A stretch of DNA of 64,000 bases, from contig CAIVJR010000007.1 in the NCBI GenBank assembly GCA_903906305.1, forward strand, positions 45,809 to 109,808. Direction: 5' to 3'. This DNA comes from an uncultured bacterium (GTDB taxonomy: Bacteria > Patescibacteriota > Dojkabacteria > SC72). The notes below the pieces were generated by a model. The model searched no databases. It saw nothing but the letters and a program-made list of their open reading frames with translations, and was not told the origin of the DNA. The position numbers and the translations under genes were made by a program. Each line of letters starts with the position of its first letter. The first letter of the stretch is position 1. Below, piece by piece: positions 1 through 9,865 of the stretch.

Positions 1-2
1 CT

Positions 3-155
3 AAAACAGGTCTATTAGCAGGTGGATACAAAACAATTGCAGATTTGAGAAATACAACTGCAACTGAGCTATTGAACTTACCTGGATTTGGAAACAAATC
101 ATTGAATGAAGTTATCGAACTTTTAAATCAGTACGGTGTTAATATTAAGAACTAA
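3..155 (+). CDS. rpoA: RNA polymerase alpha subunit, C-terminal fragment (partial)
   Basis: Frame 3 reads KTGLLAGGYKTIADLRNTTATELLNLPGFGNKSLNEVIELL...*, an alpha-CTD HhH motif, directly upstream of rplQ. Confidence 0.9.
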   Translation, partial: KTGLLAGGYKTIADLRNTTATELLNLPGFGNKSLNEVIELLNQYGVNIKN

Positions 156-160
156 AAAAC

Positions 161-682
161 ATGTACAAGGGTGTAAAGAAATCAAAATTAGGAAGAAAAG
201 CATCTAACAGAAAAGCATTGATGCAAAATCAATTAAGATCTTTGTTTGAAAGTGGTCATGTAGTAACTACATCTCCTAAGGCAAAAGTTCTTAAGAGCAA
301 TGCACAATCTTTAATAGCACTTGGTAAAAAGAAAAAGGGAGAACTTACATTAAGAAGAGAATTAGCAGTTACATTGAAAGAAGACGGTTTAGTAAAGAAA
401 TTTATTGAATACGTCGAAAAAGAAATTACCGGCGTCAGAAGTATAAAAATGGGATTTAGAGCTGGAGATAACGGAGAAGTAACAAAAGTTGAATTAATCG
501 GAATGGAAAAGAAGGTAAGAAAAGTTGTTAAGAAAGCTACTGAATCCGAAAAGAAAGAAGAAGTAAAAGTTGAGAATGCAGCTCCAAAGGCTAAAGTCTC
601 AAAGAGTATTTTAGATAAAGGAATAGATAAGAGTGCTACAGTTAAGAAAACTGGTAGAGCAACTTCTAGATCAGGACTTTAA
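161..682 (+). CDS. rplQ: 50S ribosomal protein L17 with Lys-rich C-terminal extension
   Basis: KLGRKASNRKALMQN, TTSPKAK, RAGDNG motifs; follows rpoA. Confidence 0.95.
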   Translation: MYKGVKKSKLGRKASNRKALMQNQLRSLFESGHVVTTSPKAKVLKSNAQSLIALGKKKKGELTLRRELAVTLKEDGLVKKFIEYVEKEITGVRSIKMGFRAGDNGEVTKVELIGMEKKVRKVVKKATESEKKEEVKVENAAPKAKVSKSILDKGIDKSATVKKTGRATSRSGL

Positions 683-702
683 TTAATTAGTGAAGAAATA
701 GA

Positions 703-1137
703 ATGAAATACAAGACAACTTGGACAAAAAAAGAAGATATCGAAAGAAAGTGGTATGTAGTTGATGTTAAAGATCAGATTCTTGGAAGAGCTACTACAAA
801 AATTGCATCACTTTTGATTGGAAAAGATAAAGTTGAAGCAGTTCCAAACTTTGATTGTGGTGACTATGTAATTGTAATCAATACCGATGACATCAAATTA
901 ACAAGAGAAAAAGAAACTAAGAAGATGTATTACAGACACTCTGGATTCCCAGGTGGACTTAAGGAAATAAGATTTGATGAACAGTTGAAATTAGATTCTA
1001 CAAAAATCATTAAAGATGCTGTAGTAACAATGCTTCCTCAGAACAAGCATAGAGCATTGAGAATGGCTAGATTGTTCATATATAAGGGTGCAGATCATAA
1101 ACAAAGTGGTCAAAAACCTATTGAGATTAAATTTTAA
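703..1137 (+). CDS. rplM: 50S ribosomal protein L13
   Basis: RKWYVVD, DCGDYVIVIN, YYRHSGFPGGLK. Confidence 0.97.
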   Translation: MKYKTTWTKKEDIERKWYVVDVKDQILGRATTKIASLLIGKDKVEAVPNFDCGDYVIVINTDDIKLTREKETKKMYYRHSGFPGGLKEIRFDEQLKLDSTKIIKDAVVTMLPQNKHRALRMARLFIYKGADHKQSGQKPIEIKF

Positions 1138-1148
1138 TTATATTAATA

Positions 1149-1541
1149 GTGGAGAAATATTTTGAAGGAATCGGAAGAAGAAAAACATCTACTGCAAGAG
1201 TAAGAATATATAAGGGTGATAAAGCATCTACTATTAATGGTGTTCCAGCAGTCGACTTTTTGAAAGATTATACTAAAACAGAACTCTATATCATCAGACC
1301 ATTAACAGTCTCAGGATTAGAAACTCAACATTACTTCACTGCTAAAGTAAGTGGTGGTGGTATCACTGGGCAAGCTGATGCAATCAGATTAGGTCTTTCT
1401 AGAGCAATCTGTGAGATGAATCCAGAAGCAAAACCAGCTCTAAGAAAAGAGAATCTTGTTACAAGAGATCCTAGAGAAGTTGAAAGAAAGAAATATCATC
1501 ACGTCAAAGCAAGAAAGAAACCTCAGTTCTCAAAGAGATAG
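1149..1541 (+). CDS. rpsI: 30S ribosomal protein S9 (GTG start)
   Basis: GRRKTSTARV, GGGITGQADAIRLG, PQFSKR C-terminus. Confidence 0.97.
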   Translation: MEKYFEGIGRRKTSTARVRIYKGDKASTINGVPAVDFLKDYTKTELYIIRPLTVSGLETQHYFTAKVSGGGITGQADAIRLGLSRAICEMNPEAKPALRKENLVTRDPREVERKKYHHVKARKKPQFSKR

Positions 1542-1610
1542 TTCTTCTATTTGCCTTGGATTTTCAAATATCGTAGTATTTAACTGTATCTAAGTTAATA
1601 CCTCGCATAT

Positions 1611-2501
1611 ATGGAGAAAACCTCAAAGAAATTTTGGATATTAGTACTAGCAATACCTTTAACGGTTATTGGTATGTTTATTGGCTATCTAGTAATTACA
1701 TATGCAGATAGATATATTCAAACTAATTACGGAGTAAGCATAAAGGAAGCATCCGATGTCCCAGCCTATGACCCAACCTCAAGTAGCTACTACGGTGGTG
1801 TATACATGGATTCTGGTGCGGGCACATATATCCGAAACACAACCCAAGAAATCATAAAGACAGCCTCTATGAACATGGCTGCGGATGATATGGATAAAAC
1901 CTTAGCATCTGTAGAAGCTTTAGAAACAGAATATAATGCATCAACAACTAATCTTCAAGATTCAGGCAAAGGTGCCGACAGGTACATATATATGACCATA
2001 AAGGTTGAAGAGTCAAAGTTTGAAGATCTTTACAATGAACTTAAGGATCTTCCAGGAGAGTTTACATACTCATCAATTGGATCTAGCGACGTTACTGAAA
2101 GTGTCACCGATTTACAGAGTAGGTTAGCAAATCTCCAGAAACTAGAAACCCAGTTAAATGAAATTCTTAAATCCGCAAAAACTGTTGATGAAATTCTTTC
2201 AGTACAAAAGGAGCTTTCCACAACAAGAACAGATATCGAAGCAATACAAACTCAATTGAAGAATATAGATAATCAAACAAGCTATTCATATATCACTTTA
2301 ACCGTATCTCAGAGCTCAACAGGTACACAGCTTTCAGACAATGAATGGAGACCAGTTGGAATACTGAAAGAAGCCGGTAGAGATTTAGTAGGCTTTGCGA
2401 AATTCCTAGGAACAGGCTTAATCTATGTATTGGTATTTTCACCAGTAATCGCTGCAGTAGTTGTTCCTGTTGTATTAATACTTAAAAGAGCGAAAAAATA
2501 G
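1611..2501 (+). CDS. DUF4349-family membrane-anchored coiled-coil protein
   Basis: N-terminal TM, IIKTASM, DVT...DLQSRL coiled coil, YSYITL, C-terminal TM. Confidence 0.75.
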   Translation: MEKTSKKFWILVLAIPLTVIGMFIGYLVITYADRYIQTNYGVSIKEASDVPAYDPTSSSYYGGVYMDSGAGTYIRNTTQEIIKTASMNMAADDMDKTLASVEALETEYNASTTNLQDSGKGADRYIYMTIKVEESKFEDLYNELKDLPGEFTYSSIGSSDVTESVTDLQSRLANLQKLETQLNEILKSAKTVDEILSVQKELSTTRTDIEAIQTQLKNIDNQTSYSYITLTVSQSSTGTQLSDNEWRPVGILKEAGRDLVGFAKFLGTGLIYVLVFSPVIAAVVVPVVLILKRAKK

Positions 2502-2510
2502 TATAATACA

Positions 2511-2818
2511 GGGCGCAAGTATTCCTAGATGATTGCTCTTGCTATTTTGGTGAGAGAGGAAAGTCCGGACTCTATGTCGGTCTCGAATATTTCGAGATAG
2601 GTGCCAGTGTGAGCTGGAAGGGAGTGATCTTTTGGTTAAAAGGGCAACAGAAAGTTATACCGCCTCGAAAGAGGTAAGGGTGAAATGGTGGTGTAAGAGA
2701 CCACCGGGTATTGTAGTAATACAATATTGCGAGGCAACCCCCACCTAGAGCAAGGTTAAAACCGCTTAGATAGATAATCATCATAAACAGAATTCGGCTT
2801 ATTGGGTGCTTGCGCACT
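2511..2818 (+). ncRNA. rnpB: RNase P RNA (compact variant)
   Basis: GAGGAAAGTCCGG, GCAACAGAAA, AGGGTGAAA, GAGCAAG, ACAGAATTCGGCTTA; P1 gcgcaagtattc/gggtgcttgcgc; TATAAT at 2502-2507. Confidence 0.95.
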
Positions 2819-2840
2819 TTCATACATACAAACAGGGGTA

Positions 2841-3815
2841 TTAGATATCTCTTCCAATTCCATTTAGGAATTCTCTTTCATTAGTTTTGTTTCTTCCTTC
2901 AATCTGGAACTCAAAAACCCTGAGGGATACAAGTGGGTCTCTAGTTGCGAATAACACCTTGCCATCATATGCAAATATCTCTCCTGGATCTTTCTCTGAA
3001 GGAATTTCTACTAGCTCTGCTCTAAAAATCTTCATAATCTTTCCTGATATATTCTTGTTTAAACTTGTAGAAAGCTTAGTCCAAGCAATTGGCCATGGAA
3101 TGAAAGCACGTACCATACGTTCAATCTCCTGTGGAGTCTTGTTCTGCCAATCAATCTCAGCATTCTCCTTAGAAATATCCTTTTGCCAACAATACGTAGC
3201 TTCTTCATCAATCTGCTTTCTTGCAGATATTCCATCATTAATCCATTGCTCTAAAACATCGCCTAAAATCTCTGCACTCTTCTTAACTAATCTCTGCCTT
3301 AAGGAAAGATTGGTATCTGTGTCTTTGATTTCTTCTTCGTAAATATCCAATACATCTCCTTCATCTAATCCATCGGACATAAGCATTATGGAAATGCCCG
3401 TAATTTTCTGACCATCCAATATCGCTTTTTGTATTGGGACTGCACCTCGATACTGTGGAAGGATTGAGAAGTGAACATTAATACATTTGTATATTGGATA
3501 TTCTAGAAATTCTTTTGGAATTATTTCTCCAAAAGCCTTACATACAACTAATTCAGGTTTGAATTTGTCTAAAGCTTTTTGATACAACTCAGGTTTCTTG
3601 TCTGTGTGGAATACAGGAATTCTATTTTCTACTGCATATTCCTTAACTTCTGATGGAGTAGAGATTTGTTTTCTTCCGACCAATTTGTCCGGTGTAGTTA
3701 TAACTCCTACGATATCAAATCGCTCATCTTCAAGAAGTGCTTTTAGCGTTGCAACAGATTCCCACCCCGTTCCGAGAAATAGTATTTTTACAGGTTCCTT
3801 TATTAAATCTCTCAT
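2841..3815 (-). CDS. fmt: Methionyl-tRNA formyltransferase
   Basis: TTPDKLVGR, INVHFSILPQYRGAVPIQ, GLDEGDVL, RAFIPWP. Confidence 0.95.
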   Translation of the reverse strand: MRDLIKEPVKILFLGTGWESVATLKALLEDERFDIVGVITTPDKLVGRKQISTPSEVKEYAVENRIPVFHTDKKPELYQKALDKFKPELVVCKAFGEIIPKEFLEYPIYKCINVHFSILPQYRGAVPIQKAILDGQKITGISIMLMSDGLDEGDVLDIYEEEIKDTDTNLSLRQRLVKKSAEILGDVLEQWINDGISARKQIDEEATYCWQKDISKENAEIDWQNKTPQEIERMVRAFIPWPIAWTKLSTSLNKNISGKIMKIFRAELVEIPSEKDPGEIFAYDGKVLFATRDPLVSLRVFEFQIEGRNKTNEREFLNGIGRDI

Positions 3816-3861
3816 ATTGCTAATTTTAACTTAATCCATGAAAAATTGATATAATACGACC

Positions 3862-4887
3862 ATGAAAATGTCAGAATTCATATACAATTTACCAGAAGAG
3901 AAGATAGCTAAGTTTCCCCCAGAAGTAAGAGGTACCACAAACCTACTTGTTTTAGACAGAAAGGATGGAAGTTTAGATCACAAAAAGTATTTCAATATTC
4001 CAGAATATATACAACCTGGAGATGTAGTTGTACTTAACGAAACTAAGGTTGAGAAAAGAAGAACATTCTTTCTAACCGCAAATGAAAGAAAATTGGAAGT
4101 GCTTTTCCTGAATAGGATTGGAGATGGAAGATGGTATTGCCTCATAAAGGGATCGAGATATGTAAAGCCTGGAGATATCCTAAAAGGAGAGGAAGATGAA
4201 AATATTAAGATAAAGATAAGTGAAAGAAGTAATATGGGATTTTTGGTTGAACCAATGGCTGAAGAAGGAGAAAAGATTTTTGACAAGATTGGTCATACAC
4301 CAATTCCCCCATATATGAAAAGACCGGATACTAAAGAAGATTATGTAAGATACAATACGGTATTTGCACGTCTCCTGGGCTCCGTAGCGGCCCCTACAGC
4401 GAGTTTAAACCTCACAGATGAAATACTAGCCCAAATACAGCAAAAAGGGGCTAAAATCGTTAAGGTAGAGCTAAAAGTAGGTTGGGGGACATTTGCACCA
4501 ATTAGGGAGGAAAATATTGAAGAACATGACATTCATAAAGAGGAAATAGCGATATCAGTTGAATCAGCAGAGATAATTAATCAAGCAAAAAGAACAGGGA
4601 AGAAGGTGTGGGCATTTGGAACTACAGTAGCAAGGACATTGGAAACTGTAAGTAATGAAAAAGGATTAGTAGAAGAATATTCTGGAGAGACCCAGTTATA
4701 CATATACCCAGGATATACATGGAAATGTGTGGATCATTTAGTAACTAATTTCCACATGCCAGATTCAAGCCTCATATTATTAGTTTCCTCATTTGCTGGA
4801 ACTGAATTCATTAAGAGGGCATATCAAGAAGCATTGGATAATGGATATAAATTCCTTAGCTATGGTGATAGCATGTTAATAATCTAA
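3862..4887 (+). CDS. queA: S-adenosylmethionine:tRNA ribosyltransferase-isomerase
   Basis: PIPPYMKR, GSVAAPTASL, GTTVARTLE, TNFHMPDS, FLSYGDSMLI. Confidence 0.96.
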   Translation: MKMSEFIYNLPEEKIAKFPPEVRGTTNLLVLDRKDGSLDHKKYFNIPEYIQPGDVVVLNETKVEKRRTFFLTANERKLEVLFLNRIGDGRWYCLIKGSRYVKPGDILKGEEDENIKIKISERSNMGFLVEPMAEEGEKIFDKIGHTPIPPYMKRPDTKEDYVRYNTVFARLLGSVAAPTASLNLTDEILAQIQQKGAKIVKVELKVGWGTFAPIREENIEEHDIHKEEIAISVESAEIINQAKRTGKKVWAFGTTVARTLETVSNEKGLVEEYSGETQLYIYPGYTWKCVDHLVTNFHMPDSSLILLVSSFAGTEFIKRAYQEALDNGYKFLSYGDSMLII

Positions 4888-4889
4888 CT

Positions 4890-5924
4890 ATGAATATACA
4901 AGATTTTGGTAAAAAATATGTCTTTATGCCTGATGCCACTAGAGGAGCGGTTAGATTTTTGACGACTGAACAGTTAAAAGGAACTGGAACAACGGCGCTA
5001 GTTACAAATACTTTACATTTGTTAATGAATCCTGGCCCTAAAAGAATGCTGGAATTAGGTGGTATCAAGAAGCTCATGAACTGGGATGGTATTGTTTTAA
5101 CTGATTCTGGAGGATTCCAAGTATTTTCATTGATTCATTCTGGTAAATGGAAGGGTAAAGTACATGAGAATGGTGCTACATTTCATTCTCCATGGACGGG
5201 TGATGTGTATGAATTAACTCCAGAGAGTTCAATTGATATACAAATCAAAATAGGATCAGATATTTTAGTTACATTAGATGATTGTAGGGGTACTGATTTG
5301 AGTAGAGAGGATGCAGAACAATCGGTAGATAGGACAATTAAATGGGCAAAGAGGTGTAAAGATCATTTTGAAAATGTATATGGTGGTACTAAAGAGACAG
5401 GGAAACTTTTGAGTTGTGTTGTACAGGGTGCCAATTTCCCAGATTTAAGAAAGAAATGTGCAGAGGAATTAACGAAAATAGGATTTGATGGATACAACTT
5501 TGGAGGATTTGTAGTGGATAAGGATGGGGAGTTGGTGATTGATGAAATGAAAGCGGTTATAGATAATACTCCAAAGGATAAGTTTAAATATGCAATGGGA
5601 GTAGGTAAGCCTGAGGATATTCGAAGAGCTGCAAAGATTGGGTATACAGTTTTTGATACTGTACTTGTTACTAGAAATGCTAGACATGGGACTTTGTATT
5701 CTTCTGATATTGAAGATGAGGTTTTAAGGATTACCAATCAAGATTATTCTATTGATGAAAGACCTATTGATTCAAAATGTGATTGTTATACTTGCAAAAA
5801 CCATAGTAGGGCATATGTACATCAGATGTTAAAGGTTGGCGAAGCTACAGGTATGACTTTAGCTACAATACACAACTTGAGGTATTATCAAAGACTTATT
5901 GAGGACCTAAACGCAGGTCTCTAA
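4890..5924 (+). CDS. tgt: tRNA-guanine(34) transglycosylase
   Basis: LTDSGGFQVFSL, MGVGKPED, RNARHG, CDCYTC..H zinc site. Confidence 0.96.
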   Translation: MNIQDFGKKYVFMPDATRGAVRFLTTEQLKGTGTTALVTNTLHLLMNPGPKRMLELGGIKKLMNWDGIVLTDSGGFQVFSLIHSGKWKGKVHENGATFHSPWTGDVYELTPESSIDIQIKIGSDILVTLDDCRGTDLSREDAEQSVDRTIKWAKRCKDHFENVYGGTKETGKLLSCVVQGANFPDLRKKCAEELTKIGFDGYNFGGFVVDKDGELVIDEMKAVIDNTPKDKFKYAMGVGKPEDIRRAAKIGYTVFDTVLVTRNARHGTLYSSDIEDEVLRITNQDYSIDERPIDSKCDCYTCKNHSRAYVHQMLKVGEATGMTLATIHNLRYYQRLIEDLNAGL

Positions 5925-5964
5925 ACCTCTTCATTGAGGAATTCCCCTAAAAATGATATGATTA

Positions 5965-6116
5965 AAAGTCCTATGATTAAACACTTTTATACTATTGAAT
6001 GTATTTGTAATGATTATTAATTTTATGAAATCGATTTCTAATAAAATTAAAGAGAATAATTCATTAAAACGCAGCTATTCGGCTGTGTCTTTTCACAAAA
6101 GCGTTTAAGGGGACAT
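5965..6116 (+). ncRNA. ssrS: Probable 6S RNA
   Basis: Closing stem gtcct/gggac and ttaaacactttt/aaaagcgtttaa, central bubble with TTGAA and a 3' bubble hairpin, long AT-rich terminal stem; directly upstream of rny. Confidence 0.7.
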
Positions 6117-6140
6117 ATTAAATTTTAATTAGAGAGCATA

Positions 6141-7661
6141 ATGGAAGCATTAGCTATAATTGTTGCCATACTGGCAAGTGCTGGAGGCTCTTTCGCTGTA
6201 CTTAAATATGTATTTAAGTGGGTAAATGTAAATAAAATCCCAGAAGCAGAGATAGAAGCAGCCGCAAAGAAAATGATGAGTAAGAAGTTTGAAGAATCTG
6301 AACAGGAGCTTGCAGAACTTCGAGAGAGAGAAGAGAAAAGACTTAAGGATATGCGAAGAGAAAATACTGAGCATGAAGAAATTCTCATCGAGAGAGAAAA
6401 GACCTTAAACAAAAGATCAAAGATCTTAGATGACAAGAGTGAAGAATTAGAGACTAAGGATGGAGAATTAAAAGAAGCCATTAAAAGAACTGAAGAAACA
6501 AGAACTCAACTTAAAACTGAGTTAGAAAAGATATCAGGACTTTCAAGAGAAGAAGCTACTGAAAAATTTAAGAAAGAAATAGAAGAAGATCTTAAAGGAT
6601 TTGAAGCTCAGAAAATCAGACAAGCTGAAAAGAATATTGAAGCTGTGGCTGATGAAAAAGCACGACATATACTTGTTGATTCAATGCAGAGAGTTGCTAC
6701 AGACTATGTTGGTGAGACTACTACAAAGAGTATCAAGGTTGAAGATGAGAAAGTTAAAGGTAGAATTATCGGTAAAGAAGGTAGAAATATCAGGGCATTT
6801 GAACAGATAACAGGAGTTGATGTCATCGTTGATGAATCTCCAACATCCATAGGTTTGTCTTCATTTGATCCATTGAGAAGAGAAATAGCTTTTGTAGCTA
6901 TGACTAAACTCATAGGGGATGGAAGAATCCACCCAGGAGCTATTGAGGAATGTGTAAGAAAAGCAAAAAATGAGATTTCATTAGAAATTAAGAAAAATGG
7001 AGAAATCCTTGCTGAAGAAGCTGGATGGCCAGATATTGATCTTGGACTTTTGAAGTTAATTGGAAAGATGAAATATCGAACCAGTTATGGTCAGTCATTG
7101 ATGTCCCATACAATCGAAGTAATTAGATTGGGAGAAGTATTGGCTGCAGAAGTCGGTGCTGATGTATCTTTAGTGAAGAGAGCAGCATTGCTTCATGATG
7201 TTGGAAAAGTTTTGACTCACAAGGTTGATCTTCCTCACCACCATATCTCAGGACAGGTTGCTAGAAAGTATTTGCTAAGCGACAAGCTTGTAAATGCTAT
7301 CGAGTCACACCACTTAGATATTGAGCCTACATCTGTAGAAGCAGTTTTAGTCTATCTTGCTGATGCAATTTCTGGATCAAGACCAGGTGCAAGAAAAGAT
7401 AGCTACGAGCAGTATATACAGAGAATCGAAGGTATTGAGAATGCTGCAAAGGATGTAGCAGGTGACAAGATTGCTGACGTATTCGCAATCAGAGCTGGAA
7501 GAGAATTGAGAGTAATTGTTAAACCAATCATGGTTTCAGATGATGAAGCTAAGGTTATGGCAAAGCAAATAGCTCAAGCAATTGAGAAAACTCAAAGCTA
7601 TCCAGGCAATGTTGAAGTCACAGTTATTAGAGAAACAAGGGCAATTGAGGTAGCTAGATAA
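6141..7661 (+). CDS. rny: Ribonuclease Y
   Basis: N-terminal TM, coiled coil, KH GRIIGKEGRNIR, HD LLHDVGK, ADAISGSRPGAR. Confidence 0.97.
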   Translation: MEALAIIVAILASAGGSFAVLKYVFKWVNVNKIPEAEIEAAAKKMMSKKFEESEQELAELREREEKRLKDMRRENTEHEEILIEREKTLNKRSKILDDKSEELETKDGELKEAIKRTEETRTQLKTELEKISGLSREEATEKFKKEIEEDLKGFEAQKIRQAEKNIEAVADEKARHILVDSMQRVATDYVGETTTKSIKVEDEKVKGRIIGKEGRNIRAFEQITGVDVIVDESPTSIGLSSFDPLRREIAFVAMTKLIGDGRIHPGAIEECVRKAKNEISLEIKKNGEILAEEAGWPDIDLGLLKLIGKMKYRTSYGQSLMSHTIEVIRLGEVLAAEVGADVSLVKRAALLHDVGKVLTHKVDLPHHHISGQVARKYLLSDKLVNAIESHHLDIEPTSVEAVLVYLADAISGSRPGARKDSYEQYIQRIEGIENAAKDVAGDKIADVFAIRAGRELRVIVKPIMVSDDEAKVMAKQIAQAIEKTQSYPGNVEVTVIRETRAIEVAR

Positions 7662-7685
7662 GTATCTTCTAGTAGTAATTGCTAT

Positions 7686-7717
7686 AGGGGAAGCACAGTT
7701 ATATGCTTCCCCTTTTT
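7686..7717 (+). terminator. Intrinsic terminator after rny
   Basis: aggggaagca-loop-tgcttcccct followed by T tract. Confidence 0.8.
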
Positions 7718-7900
7718 GTTCTCCGTACCAATGTTCAACTGAATTTTCTCTAGATAATGAAACATACCGCCATATGTGTGAAAATGCCCGTATAATGGCA
7801 TAACTGGTAAAATTTTGTATTTTTTAATAATTTAGGTATACCTTTTATGTTTCAAATTTTGAATCATTAAGAAACCCTGTTATAACAAAGTTTTTGTACA

Positions 7901-8037
7901 TCTCCTCCTCGGTCCTGTAGTAAAGTAGATGCTTGACGATTAGCTTGATATAACCTATTTTTAAGTTGGATATGCACAGAGACCCTATTAATATTTGGCA
8001 TCTGGCATAGTATCTCTTAAGAAAGGAGGCCATCATT
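7901..8037 (+). promoter_or_regulatory. Candidate structured 5' leader of the HU gene
   Basis: Helices 7911-7918/7976-7984, 7942-7948/7961-7967, crossing 7926-7933/7997-8004; ctcctcct complementary to SD aaggagg. Confidence 0.4.
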
Positions 8038-8307
8038 ATGTTGAAAAAAGATTTAGTAGATAAAATTGCATCTACAGGTTTAACAAAGAGACAAGCTGGT
8101 GATGCTTTGGACGCAGTCCTAGAAGCAATCTCAGGATCTCTAAAGAACGGTGAAGCTGTTCTTTTGACAGGATTCGGTAAATTTGAAGTTAGAACAAGAG
8201 CAGCAAGAACAGGAATCAACCCTAAGACTCTTGCAAAGATTCAATTACCTGAAACTAAGGTTCCAGCATTCAAACCTGGAAAGGCTTTGAAAGCTGCAGT
8301 AAAGTAA
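8038..8307 (+). CDS. hup: HU family DNA-binding protein
   Basis: GFGKFEVRTRAARTGINPKT, VPAFKPGKALK; SD AAGGAGG. Confidence 0.96.
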   Translation: MLKKDLVDKIASTGLTKRQAGDALDAVLEAISGSLKNGEAVLLTGFGKFEVRTRAARTGINPKTLAKIQLPETKVPAFKPGKALKAAVK

Positions 8308-8342
8308 GTACCGCCGGTATTTATTTGCAGATAAGGTAGATG

Positions 8343-8372
8343 AAGGGGACCCAATAAAATGGGTCCTTTTTC
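8343..8372 (+). terminator. Intrinsic terminator after hup
   Basis: ggggaccca/tgggtcctt stem with T tract. Confidence 0.75.
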
Positions 8373-8475
8373 TATTAAAACCCTTATCAAGCTACAAACT
8401 ATGTCTGATATATGAATTTCCTCTCGACTATTTAGTTTAAATACCTTAAACTGGATAAATATATAAACGCCCAAT

Positions 8476-9852
8476 ATGAAGAACTTCTTTATTCCAACTG
8501 AAAAGAATAAGTACAAACCATACCTCCTACGAAAAATAGCTTTAGTTGCATATTCACTTCTACTAATCTTTGTTAATAGCTTTGGTGGAATATTCGGTAT
8601 AGATCAAGCCCAGGCTAGTAACATTTCACCTAGTAATATCATTGAATTAACCAATCAGGAAAGAGCTGCTAACGGTTTGAACACATTAAAAGAAAACTCA
8701 GCCCTTGCTGCAGCCGCATTAGCAAAGGCAAATAACATGTTTGAAGTCCAATATTGGGATCATTTTGGTCCTAATGGAGAGACCCCATGGCAATTCATAC
8801 GTGCTGAAGAATATAACTATGTGTATGCAGGAGAGAACTTAGCAAAAGGGTTTCAAACCACTGAGGGTGTACATGAAGCATGGATGGCTAGCCCAACCCA
8901 CGCTGCAAATATCATGAGTGCAAATTACAAGGATATTGGAGTCGCTGTAGTCCAAGGAACGCTTCTTGGTAAGCAAACAACCCTAGTAGTCCAGATGTTC
9001 GGAAATCTTACTACAGAGGTCGCTAGTGCCACTACAGGGGGATCTAAGACTACTACTTCGGGTGGAACTGTCATAGGAACGGAACATGGGGATATAAAGA
9101 GCATAATGATTACATCTCCAGTACAATCGTCAATATCTACTGATCCTGGTATCAATGTAGCTGGTGAGGTCAAAAATGTTGATGGTCAGTACACAGTAGA
9201 GGTATATGATCAATCAAATGTGGTAGGCGAAACATCATCGAATACTAGTAACTGGGAATTTGATAAAGAGAGTGATTGGTCAGAAGGAACTCACGTATTA
9301 AAAGCACAGATCAAAGGAGAGGAAACAGTATCTCCAAATGTAACTTTCTCTGTTGATTCTACACCCCCAATGGTTGAGACAGCCTCAATATCTGTTAAAC
9401 AAAATGGTGAAAACTATGTTTTAAGCTTTAAAATAGATGAAACTTGGGTAGACCTTCGGGTTGTAAATGGAGCTACATCAATTCCTGTAACATCTGAAAA
9501 TAAAACAGAGATCATTTTAGAAATTTCTGTTAAAGGATTAGGAAACAAAGTAGTCATAATGGCAACTGATGCACAAGGAAACATATCCCAATTAGATATA
9601 ACGGAATATTTCCCAGATGAAGAGAGTAGTAAGGGTGCAAGTATAATATTGAGTTTGGTTAACGCAAACATTGGAGATCAGATAAGTATTGGCATTGTAG
9701 CTCTAATTTTTGTATTGTTGTGTATTGAAATTTTTGTATACTGGAAGAAAGGGAAATTAAAGGATATAACAGGGGATTTATTTACAGTTGGTACATGGTG
9801 GTTAATACTTACAATTGCAATATTTAATGGGTTTACTGGTTTAATTAATTAA
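8476..9852 (+). CDS. CAP (SCP) domain membrane protein with Ig-like domain
   Basis: TNQERAANGL, AGENLAKGF, WMASPTHAANI; Ig-like segment ending DSTPP; C-terminal TMs. Confidence 0.85.
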   Translation: MKNFFIPTEKNKYKPYLLRKIALVAYSLLLIFVNSFGGIFGIDQAQASNISPSNIIELTNQERAANGLNTLKENSALAAAALAKANNMFEVQYWDHFGPNGETPWQFIRAEEYNYVYAGENLAKGFQTTEGVHEAWMASPTHAANIMSANYKDIGVAVVQGTLLGKQTTLVVQMFGNLTTEVASATTGGSKTTTSGGTVIGTEHGDIKSIMITSPVQSSISTDPGINVAGEVKNVDGQYTVEVYDQSNVVGETSSNTSNWEFDKESDWSEGTHVLKAQIKGEETVSPNVTFSVDSTPPMVETASISVKQNGENYVLSFKIDETWVDLRVVNGATSIPVTSENKTEIILEISVKGLGNKVVIMATDAQGNISQLDITEYFPDEESSKGASIILSLVNANIGDQISIGIVALIFVLLCIEIFVYWKKGKLKDITGDLFTVGTWWLILTIAIFNGFTGLIN

Positions 9853-9865
9853 AATTTACTGCCCA

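Noticed and set aside
2572-2823. 83-aa minus-strand ORF
   Set aside because: Antisense to the RNase P RNA; spurious.
7845-8516. Minus-strand ORFs of 124 and 91 aa
   Set aside because: Antisense shadows of hup and its flanks, with no recognisable motifs.
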